DNA of 64,000 nucleotides from Vicugna vicugna. Its lineage: Eukaryota. This document shows positions 47,039 to 56,810 of this stretch, in pieces. The first letter of the stretch is position 1; the number at the start of each line of letters is the position of its first letter. The stretch lies in contig MU058557.1 of NCBI GenBank assembly GCA_013265495.1, forward strand, positions 374,001 through 438,000, in the 5' to 3' direction. The notes below the pieces were generated by a model. The model had not been told where the DNA came from, did no database searches, and saw only the letters and a list, made by a program, of their open reading frames with translations. The translations under genes were made by a program, and so were the position numbers.

Positions 47039-50000
47039 CAGCAGCCTTCTTGTGGTCGCCAGCAGCCTCACCCCATCCCACGCTCTCCTCTGCAAAAAGC
47101 TGCCCCTTTACAACTGGACCCAAATGCTAAGCCTTTAATTATTGTTTCTAAGTTAACTGGAGCAAGTAACAACTGGAAGAAAAGATTTAAATAGCAGCTG
47201 TCCTAGATTTTTCATAATAGACCGGTATACTCCAAGGCTCCTGGGAGGAAACCTGCTTTCTGCTTCTGTGTGTTTGCTGCAGTTGCTGGTAAATCATCTC
47301 CTGTTCAAAAGGGGGAAACCTTTGTTTTAAGTAAGTAAGGGGCACCCTTAACAGAGAGGACTCCCAGCCTCTCTGAAGACAGTGTAATGCGTTCTTTGGC
47401 TGGTCTGCAGGAGCTTCTGAAAGAAAAATAAAAGACAAGCCAGCCCCACGAACGGCTGTGAAAGCACCCTTCCGCCCGCCCGAGGCGCAGCTTGGGTCTG
47501 ACTGCGCCTGCGCTTACTTCTGGGCCGCGCCTAAGACTGGAGATGGAGCCGTAGGTCCCTGCTTGCTTCTGTCTGTATTTCCACGTGTCTGTATATATAT
47601 GTATGTTGTAGGTGTGTGGTGTAATTTTTCTCTTCTACTTCCGGTTGGTACTGTTAAAATTTATTTGTAAAAGAGTTCTAATTAATTGGCTTAAAAACAA
47701 ACAAGCGCTTATATGGATTAACACATAACAGACTGGCCTATGTGCTTTTCATCCTTACGTGATCCGGGATTAATTCTGGGGGAGTTGTTGGCTTAAGTAA
47801 AATAGGCATATGTCTTTGGGGTGATCAACTCTGAGAGCAATGCAGGCATACAGTGGTCATCCTACCTGGCTTTATTGGTCAGACACGTCCATATTATCTT
47901 TGCTAATAAATTTATCAGCAAGGAAAATAACTTGGTAATATAAACATTTTCGTGAGTGGTCTGAACGTGACTGTCGAAAACAAGTGAACTGAATGGATGT
48001 GAGCGGGATAGAAGTTTCTAGGTAAATCTTTTCAATGGCTTCCTCCAAACTTTTTGGCAACCTGAAGCCCTACAGTTTTGCTAAGCTAAATTAAATGATG
48101 GATAAGCATTAAATGCCTAGATCATTCCTAAATAAGATAAAATACTAAAACATTACTAAAAATAGGTTCATCCACTTTGCAAAGGAACCAAAGATATTTT
48201 GGTCTATTGGTCAACATGCCACATTGGAAAATGCACCATGAGGATGATGCGCTGTTAGGAATTCTGCAATGTGTTCCTAAATCTGCCAGTCCTGGACCAT
48301 TCACAATTGTTTACAGCTACTAGAAATAATAAGGGGAAACAACTCTGTGTACAAGGAAAGCAGTGTGGTTTTGGTGAGGAAAGGTATGAGAAATGGGAAT
48401 TAATTTTGTTGAGGGAAAGAAAGTAATTTTGTCCTAAAGTGAAGCTGGTTGTTTCAGACTAGGAAAGAGAAAAGACAGGACGAAAGCTGGATGAAAATAT
48501 TAAGTTGTAGGTTCGTGGAAAAGGAATCTTTGAAAACAGGAACTTTATGTGCAGTCAAGCTGGCTAAGGTTGAATTACTGTTAAAAGCGTATTAAAAATA
48601 AACTTTAAAATCAGTACTGCACTTACGTAAAACTAAAACGAAGTGTCTTTCATTTGCTAAAAGGCCAAGGTTTGCTGAGCCAGTCCCGCTGGCGCTGTGG
48701 CTGCCTTGGTCAGAGCCTTGATTACTTAAGAAGTTAAGAGCCTCGCAGTGTCGGGAGGGTGACATTTGCTTAAGCCTGTGTAACCTTTCGTGCTTGTTGT
48801 CTCATTACTTTGGCCAGATTGATAATTATCATTTCTTAGTGGTTTGTAGTCCTATCCAGCCAAATGTCCAAAACCTTTTGAGATTTTTGACAAATCCCCA
48901 AATTGGGTTCTAAATGAAGTCTTTCTGACCTTGAACTAACTCTGGGTTCTTCCAGAGGGCCCCTGGAATATCTCAAAGGATTTGTCTCTCACCTGGTAAA
49001 ATGTTAAACTAAGCAGGCTTATTTGGTATGTTAAATATCATCAGATGCTTGTCAAATAAGAAGGAATACTAAATCTTTTTACCTTATATTGTGTAGGTAT
49101 ATGCTAATATAACTATTCCAAGGTTGTATGAAATTCCTGAAGTTCTGAGATGTCCTGATATAATGTTATCAGTCATAATTTAAAAGTGTATCACCGAAAT
49201 ATGCAGGTTTTCATTGTCAATTCCATAATATTGAACTTTTACCAAAATCTTTGATAATAAGCATTTTCAAGTCTTCTTGTCATTTATAGGCTGTTATTGC
49301 TTTATACTAAAATTAACTTTAATCTCAGAGAAATTCATGGAAAGATCTCTGACAGGTACTCTGGAATACAAGTTTTTGATAACTTTAAGATCATAACACT
49401 GAACTGATTGGGTAAGAATTTCTAAAACTCTAATGGAAAACTGATTGCCTTAATGTTTTGTCTCCCAGATGTAAAGGACCCCCTTTGCTCCTCTCCTTTA
49501 AACTACCTATAACTTAGGGAATTTAGAAAAGTGTATCTTCTCAACCAAGGATGAACCATTCATCTTTCTCTCCCTACCTGCTCCTCCGAAAGTTCTGAAG
49601 TTCTGATTAAATGCCCTTGTTGTCGTGACGATGTGTGCACTTGCATAGGTTTGATGGGAGTCTCTGTTCTTTGTAACAGGATGCCCAGTGCACCTGGATC
49701 CTGCTTCCTTTGATCCAGAGCTGATAAGGCAGACAAACTTTAATACTGTAAAGGCCTAATTACATCTATTAAAAATATCCAGGCTCTGGTAGAACACTCT
49801 TTTTGCAGTGCATTCCCAGGAGACGAAAACAAACATCACTCTCTACAGCCTGGGGATTTTGTGTCCTGGAAAAGGCACCTCCAAAAGGATTCTCTCCAGC
49901 CTCATTGGAAGGGCCCCATCAACTACTGTGGACTAACCCTTGTTACTCAGATAAGGCCTTGTGAAGTCTCTGATTCATGTGTCTTCCCTCCAACCTGGGA

Positions 50001-50387
50001 CTTGACAACTGGGGAGGATCCATCCTGGCACCACTGCACACGGAGATTCTGACTCTCGATCAGTGATGCTTCCAAGGAAAGATCTTGGTCAAAAGGGGGA
50101 AATGAGGAATGAATTAAACCTCAGCTGAAGCAGTACCGGGACAGACGTGTAGGGGGCGCTCTCATGCCCACCTTGCATCTTCAGTTACCCCAAACAGAAA
50201 GAGACAGGCACCTTCATCTCCCACAGAAAGTACTTACTCTGTAACGGAAAGAAGGAAATGCTCCACCCCTGACAGCCCAGCCCATCAGAGACTGTCCAGC
50301 CTAGCCAATGAGAAGCCTCCATATGCTGGACTCCCAGCTCCTCCAAGGGACTCTTTGCTTATCACAGCCTCTCCCAACTCCCCTCCT

Positions 50388-50915
50388 TTTCCAAGAAACT
50401 GGTCTCTGTGCCCTGAAAGACGAATTCAGGCTCAGAGACAGAGTTTTGGGAGAATCAGAAATGAGTGGCTTTATTGTTTTGCCAGGCAAGGGGGAGTCCC
50501 AGCAGGCTAGCTCCTTAGAGACTGTGAATCCATCTTGGGGTTGGGGTCTTGAGGTTTTATAGAAAACTGGATGGAGCAGAAGAGTAGCAGCAACCAGGGG
50601 CAGTTTGTGGTGCTGTGTTCTTCTTAGGCTTGATAAGTTCATCTGGTGTCACTGAAAACAGGGTCTGTCGATTCTTCTGAGGTCATCAACTTGGGACTTT
50701 CTTTCTGAAAAACAGCATCTGGGTTAAAAAAAAATAAGCTATTTGGGGTAAAAGAATGTATAGGGAAGGTTAGGGGCTATTTTAGCAAAGCAATAGAGCG
50801 AGTAAACAAAAAGAAAAACAAGGTGTGTCAAAATGAATCAGCTGACGGCAGCACACAGCCTTGGCATCAGGGAAGCCGCTTTGTTAGCTGTGTTCGTCAG
50901 ATTTCTGCTCTTACA
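50388..50915 (-). mobile_element. Solo LTR nested antisense in the ERV 3' LTR
   Basis: Absent from the 5' LTR; contains an antisense polyA signal 'ggctttattg' and ends 'cttaca'. Host LTR homology resumes at 50916. Confidence 0.75.
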
Positions 50916-51055
50916 TCCCCTCCTTTGTTCTGTGGAGCTGCCTGGAGTCCACCATAGTTTGCATATCCTGGATTGCAATTCCTCTGCTATTTCTGAATAA
51001 ACTCATCTTTGCTAGTGAAGTAACTGGCTATTATATTATTAAAGTTGACACTTAC

Positions 51056-51430
51056 TTTTTGGTACAGTATTTGCTGAATTTACTCTGCTTCAGCCCTAGG
51101 TTCTGCCTTTTCTCCAAGAACCCATGGTTCTTTTCAGGTGGAAAGTGGTGGTTAGAAACCAAGATCTGGGCCCCAGGGATGCTCATTGCTACCAGGCTAG
51201 CATTATTTCTAGAGCTGGAAAATACATGTATGTCTCTACATACATAAGTGCAGACACACGTCTGCATCCCTGTCAGTGTCTTTCTGCCTTAAACTGTGAA
51301 TTTGCATGGCTACCTCCAACTTCAGTCCAGCCCAGGAGTTGGTCTAACCCACTCCCTTTCCTTTCTTGCAACTCCCTTTGACAGTGAGAAACCTAGCCTT
51401 CTTCATCACTTACTCACATATCTGCTTATT
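51056..51430 (-). mobile_element. L1MC-like antisense fragment, probable host of the ERV
   Basis: 'ttctccaagaacccatggttcttttcaggtggaaagtggtggttagaaaccaagatctggg..ccagggatgctcattgctac'. The other ERV flank (45280-45344, 'aactttttattttgaaataat') is also antisense L1M 3'-like. Confidence 0.65.
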
Positions 51431-52229
51431 TGCTCCCCTGATAGGCCAACAGCTGGTCCCCATGAAAGGGGGGGGTGGAGGGAAGAGGCTTAGCGACAAG
51501 ACCTGAAGGGTCTGAGACATCCCCCTGCTTGCAGCCAGCAAGTGGGCCTGCCCATGTCCTGGATGTGGCCAAACACCCAAGACAAAGGAGTTAATTCTCA
51601 TGGGGTAGTGGGCACTCTGTTTGCAGCGGTGCCCCTTGCACCCAAGCCCCATTGGCTCATGAGGAGTGCTCAGGTGTCATGCACATGGCTAAGGAACCCT
51701 GGGCCGGGAAACACCAGTCTTTTCAAGGGATGGCTGGTAAACCTGCCCATCCCTGCTCATGTTGGACAGCAAAGACCTGCCCTTCATTAGGGGAGAGACC
51801 CTCTTTGTTCATGGTGATCTGCTGACAACAGCCCTGAAAAGATAGTCAAACAAGAGCTGCCAAGGCCGAAGGAGGTGGCAGCAGCGGAGGGGCCAGAGGT
51901 GGGCAGGGTCTGGATCAATTCAAAGGCTGAACTGGTGGGCAGACTAGGGGTGGGTCCCAGAAAAGAGGATTCAGGAGGATCCTGGGGGTTCTGGCTGAGT
52001 GTCAAGCAGCTGATGGAGCAGTGAATGAAGCAGGAATCTTCAGGTGGAGGCAGGAGTTCTGTTTCACGACATCCAAGAGCCGTGGAGAGGAGGAGGAGCC
52101 GGTGCTACATCTGGAGGCCAGGGAGAGGCTGGTTGGGTGAATATGGGTCCAGATGTGTGAGACACAGGCCACCCCAAGTCAGGTAAGTCCCGTGCGTCCT
52201 ACTGACAAGGGCTGCTCCCCGTGCTTTCT

Positions 52230-52570
52230 CTCCTGGTGGTTGTCCCGGTCTTCTTCCACAACAAATGCAGTGGTTTGAAGCGACATCCATTTTTTAGCTC
52301 ACAGTCTGTGGGTCAGACGTCCAGCATGGTCGCATCAAGGACACAGCCTTCTCTCCTGGTGCCTGGGATCCTTTCTGAGCATGATCCCTCGGGTGGCAGA
52401 ATCCAGATCCCATGGCTGTGCCCTGAGGTCCCTGTTCCTCGAGATGTCGGCCAGGGCTGCCCCCGCTGTAGGGAGCGTCCACAGTCCTTCTCATGCTTGG
52501 GACTCTGTGACCTCCTCTTCTGCCACCAGCTGGAGAAAACGCTCCTCTTCCGAGAGCTCAGTGCCAGGTC
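52230..52570 (-). mobile_element. MLT1-type LTR fragment
   Basis: 'tagctcacagtctgtgggtcagacgtccagcatgg', 'ggcagaatccag' and 'cttctgccaccagctggagaaaacgctc'. Confidence 0.65.
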
Positions 52571-52739
52571 AGGCCCCCCGAAGTCCGGGCACTCGGACCC
52601 CGAGCCCCGTCAGCGCACAGCGCCCGATACATCACTCTGCAGTCCGGGTCCCAGGGCTAGTGCGGAGCCTCGTCGACCACAGCGGTGCGTGAACCGCCGC
52701 CAGTTCCTTGGCGTGGGCTGGACGGTGCTTCCTCTGTGG

Positions 52740-53091
52740 GCCTGAGTGAGTAACAGCAACTCGGAAAGTTCCAAGAACTATGCCTCCTGTTAGAAGTCAA
52801 GACACAGATAAACTTTTTGAGACGGGGCTGTACATCAAATGACGCATTATTAACAGTTCACATAACCCAGATCCGAGCGCCGGGGACTCCTTGTCAAGGA
52901 GGAATGTTATCTTTAAGGGCTCGTCTTAAGTTGCTCTGCACAGTTGAGGGGGGAGTTCTGCTGACCGGGAAGGTTTGGTCGATGTAGAATGCAGATACAC
53001 AATGCACAGCAGGGGAGAGAGGGCCAAAGGGCAGAGAAGACTTTTGCTTACGTTTTTCTTGTCTTGCTATAAAATTCGAGTTTCATTTCAC
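52740..53091 (-). mobile_element. ERV1-type LTR fragment
   Basis: 'ccttgtcaaggaggaatgttatcttta', ending 'ataaaattcgagtttcatttcaca'. Confidence 0.5.
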
Positions 53092-53149
53092 AGCTTTGGG
53101 AGAAAAGGCAAGGTCCTTCTCTCTTTCGCACGCCCAGCGGACGCCGCGT

Positions 53150-53305
53150 AAGGACGAGGCTGCAGTCTGCAAGTCAGGAAGCGAGCTCACAGCTCGTCAG
53201 AACCTTGACCTTGGACGTCCAGCCTCCAGGACGATGAGGAACTCAGTTTCCGCGGCTTAAGTCACCCATTAAAGGTATTTTGTTATGAAGCCCAAGCCAG
53301 CTAGA
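53150..53305 (+). mobile_element. MLT1 3' half
   Basis: 'accttgaccttggacgtccagcctccaggacgatgag...gcttaagtcaccca...gtattttgttatgaagccc'. Confidence 0.7.
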
Positions 53306-53499
53306 ATGAGATTCTCTGGGTCGCCTATGTTCAAAACCTTGTCTTCTGGGAATAAAGATTTTAGGTCTTCTTTGCAAACCCTTGCCCCTTTCTCTTCTTG
53401 CTTTCTTGGCGCCACGAGGCCAGGACGCTGGGGAGAGCGGTGGGAGCTAACACTCCCCTCCCCTCCCCTCCCCTCCCTCTCCCTCCCCCTCCCCCTCCC

Positions 53500-54070
53500 T
53501 TCCCTCTCCCTCGCCCCGCCTCCGGGAGGCCCGGCGCAGGCGCACTAGGGCCACGCGCGGAGACCTGGGAGCCGGCGAGGGCGGGGCGGCGGAGGGCGCG
53601 GGCCCAACGGCCAACGCGGCCCCGCGGGAAATCGCGCGCCAGGCCCCGCCCGCGGTTTGAACTGGAGGCCCCGCCCCCGCCCCGGCCAATCAGCGGGCGG
53701 GGCGGCCGACGCCACAGGGACCCTCTGTGGGCGCGGAGCGGCCCCGCCCCTCCCCGGCGGCCCCGCCCCTCCCCCCGGCTGCTCCTCCCTCGGTGGCGGC
53801 GCGGGCGGCGCGGGCGGCCAGGTGAGCGTCCCGGCGGGGCCGGCGGGCCTTTGTGAGGCCGCGGGGCGGGCCCGGCCCCTCCGCCCCGGGGGCCCCCGGG
53901 ATGGCTGGGGGCAGCCAAGGGGGAGGGGGCGCCTGGGGGCGGGGGCCGTCGGGGGAGGGGCGCTGCCGCGACGACCCGCGGCCCCGCCCGCCGGACGAGC
54001 GACACTCCACCTGGGATTCCCCCCGAGCGGCCGCAGCCTGAACTTGCCTGTCCCGCACCGGTGCAGTCCG
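53500..54070 (+). promoter_or_regulatory. CDCA4: CDCA4 CpG-island promoter
   Basis: E2F site GCGGGAAA (53624-53631), CHR TTTGAA (53656-53661), CCAAT (53686-53690) and several GC boxes. Confidence 0.85.
53775..53821 (+). other. CDCA4: CDCA4 non-coding exon 1 (start uncertain)
   Basis: Donor CAG|GTGAGC at 53821/53822, directly after the promoter motifs. Confidence 0.7.
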
Positions 54071-56524
54071 AGAGTAACATCGCCTTGGCTTTGACCAAAT
54101 CGGGGGCTCTTAAGAGGAGAAGCACTGAAGATGGGTTTGCTGGGCTGCCCCACGTTGTCTTCTGACCTTTGACTCGGGAGAGGTCAGTGCAGGCCCTCCT
54201 GCTCCTCCCGGTCCCCACCAAGGCCCCCCTTAGAGACCTGTGGGGCCCTGGCGGAGCCACCTGTCCGGCCGCCTTGTATTTCAGCTCTGACCAGAGTGCC
54301 CGGTGGCTGCCGCCTCTGTCACCCCTCCACACGTCCTTGCATCCACCCCACCCTGCACCCCACCTAACCGCCTAACCTTCCATTTTCTCTGTTTCTAAAT
54401 GTCCTTTCTAATCTGCGCTGCTTGTAGAATGAGGGGTGGGTGTGGGTGTTGGCAGCGGAACGCTTGGATTTCATCTTAGGTCCTTTTAGCAAATCTGGGT
54501 TTTGTTGGTACTAGAGTGCCCAGAAATGGCCCGGCCAGGGGCACCTTTCTCTGGAACCCTGGAGGGCAGGGCCTCCTCCCTGTAGCAGTCTGCCTGCCTG
54601 GGAGTTTCAGTTTGAGTTCTTTCCCCTTGTGTCTTGGTTTTAATTGTTTTGAAAGGGAACGTTAAGAATGTTTTGCAATAGTTTCCCTCCCCACACTGCA
54701 GGAGAGCCAGCTTGTCTTTAAGCTGGTCAGCGAATATCAAGGAGCAGATGACACCAGCCTTGGGTGGCCTGAGCCTGGTGCCCTGCCTGCTCCCCCGCTC
54801 CTGGGCGGGGCAGCCAGGGAAAGGGGGTGCGATGTGGGAAGAGGATTCTGGGACCCTGGATGCTAAGGGAACTGTCCTCAGTGGCCTCCTCGCGCCTGCC
54901 CCTCCCCGCCGCAGTCAAATGTGGGAGCCAGCGAGCTCTGACTGGGGAAAGTACCAGACCTTCGCTTCCGCAAGTCAGAGGCAAGCTTAACTCTACATTT
55001 TCAAAGCGTACTGTCCCCAAAACAGGATCACCAGGCAAAGCGTCTACCAGGTCACTGTTTGCTGGGAAAAGCTGTGGTCCAACTAGAGGGTTTCCCGCCT
55101 GGGGCCGTGTGTTGCTGGCACCGGACAGCGGAGCGGGGCTGAGTTCACGGAAAGACAGATGCTGCCTGCTTACCAAATTAAGTTTTGCGTTGTATGACTT
55201 TCCTGCTACAGTTGCTCTTTATTTTCAAGTTTCACCATGTTTTGCAATTAACGTTGCAATTCAGAATAAAAAATCAGTTGAGACCTTTTTTTTTTTTAAC
55301 AAGAGAGGCTGGTTTTGTCTTAGAAAGAGGGCTGGGAGGTTTCCTTCAGCTTGCTATTGGAACATATTCCCAGGCAAAGAAAGGTTGTGTTTTACTCCAA
55401 GTAACAAATGTAGCTGAAATCAACTTTTTAGCACTAGCCTATGAAAAGTCCGGACAGATGGTAGTCAAGTGGTGACCCCCACACCTGACTCAGAGGCAGA
55501 TCTCAGAATCTTGCTGAGTATTTCAAAGCAAATCTGACCTTGAGACGGAAACTGAGAGTGTTCATGTGGATTTGCCTTAAAAACCTGACACTCCTAAGGG
55601 TGCTTGGCAGTGGCTGTATGTGGTGATGAGTCTATCCCTGGCCTGGATCTGGGGGTCTCACGGGATTGCTGGCCACACTGTGTGAGTGGCTGCAGCAGAG
55701 GTGGCCTGGCCCCTGTGACTGGGGTCTCCTTTGCCCAGGGGGTGGGGATGCCCTCAGTGGGCAGGTGCAGTGCCTCCCTGGCTTTCTGTCCTTCATTTTC
55801 CTCTCTGTCCAGTCGGCGCTTGGTCTGGAGGAGGCTGAGGGCAGTGCTGTGCAGGGACAGAGGGGCCAACGCTGACACTGACAGGCTCCAAGAGGAGCGT
55901 GCTGACCAAGAGGACTTGGAGGGACGTGGGCATTTAGCTAGATACACGGCAAGACCTGCCGGCATATTGCGGTGGTGATGGAGGTGGGTACTAACCTAAT
56001 TTTTGTTCGGGACTCCGCAGTTAGGACGGTCTGGAAGCTGTGGGGCTTCGTGTCACCCTGAGTTAGAAGGGCTGAGTGCCCTCAGGCTACAGTCATGGGC
56101 TATGACTTAGCCAAGCCAGCCTGGAGGGGAGGGGAATCTGTGTCCCTGCCTCTGCCTTGGGCATCTCTCAGGGTCCTTTCTGACTTCGTCCCAAACACAG
56201 GTGTCTGGGCGGGGGACCCTCAGAGGCCACCCACTGAGCCCAGCCTGAATCGTCCCCTGAAACAGGCTCTGGGTGACAGCATGTCAGCGCTGTCCTTGGG
56301 CTCCTCCCTCCCCTACTGATAAGTCTGCCAGCACTTTCTTGTGTTGAGTATCACACCAGTTAACGGTTGCTCAGGCTTTGGAACATAGGAAAGGAGTGAC
56401 TGAGAATGGTTTTGAGTGTGTATTTGTCCTGGCAGGCCTGAGTGAGACGTGGCTGCAGAGGCAGCATCTAAAGTGGTTTTAGATTTAAATGAATGTAGTG
56501 GCAACCCCCCACCTCCGTCACCTT

Positions 56525-56810
56525 GTTTTTTTGTGCATTTTTGTTTATATTTAGTGCAATGAAATGAACAGACATTAGTTGTGCTGTTCAGTGATTTCGA
56601 CACATCCGGTCTTTCCAGGCCCAACTCCTCCGTGGCAACAACTTGGGTTAGCTCGGTCTGTCTGCACGTTCATGGGAGTAGCATCGCGTGGTGCCTGTTT
56701 TTCTGTTGTTCGCGTGGTGTTTTGAGATTTACTGTTGCAGGTTGTTGCCTCTCGTGGGTTTTGTTGCCGAGTAGTATTCCATTGTCAGATACACCCCCAC
56801 TTCACCCATC
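56525..56810 (-). mobile_element. L1M 3' antisense fragment in the CDCA4 intron
   Basis: 'ttcagtgatttcgacacat...tttgagattt...ttgttgccgagtagtattccattgt'. Confidence 0.7.

Larger units (their letters stand above)
45345..51050 (+). mobile_element. Degenerate ERV (class I, MER4-group-like) provirus with both LTRs
   Basis: 5' LTR 45345-46127 and 3' LTR 50103-51050 both start TG and end '...aactggctattatattat..a(ga/gt)tgaca'. Degenerate PBS at 46132-46149, PPT aaaaggggga at 50091-50100, gag-like remnant (QLPLRGTFDL near 46640), integrase C-terminus PGDFVSWKRHLQKDSLQPHWKGP (~49849-49917). TSD cctac/cttac. Confidence 0.85.

Noticed and set aside
46130..50090. Intact gag, pol or env in the ERV interior
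   Set aside because: No long ORF; only short gag and integrase remnants.
53361..54332. 323-aa minus-strand ORF over the CDCA4 promoter
   Set aside because: Stop-codon depletion in a CpG island; no protein-like composition.
56284..56304. REST/RE1-like motif (also near 55115 and 13668)
   Set aside because: Only one half-site matches, or the spacing is non-canonical.
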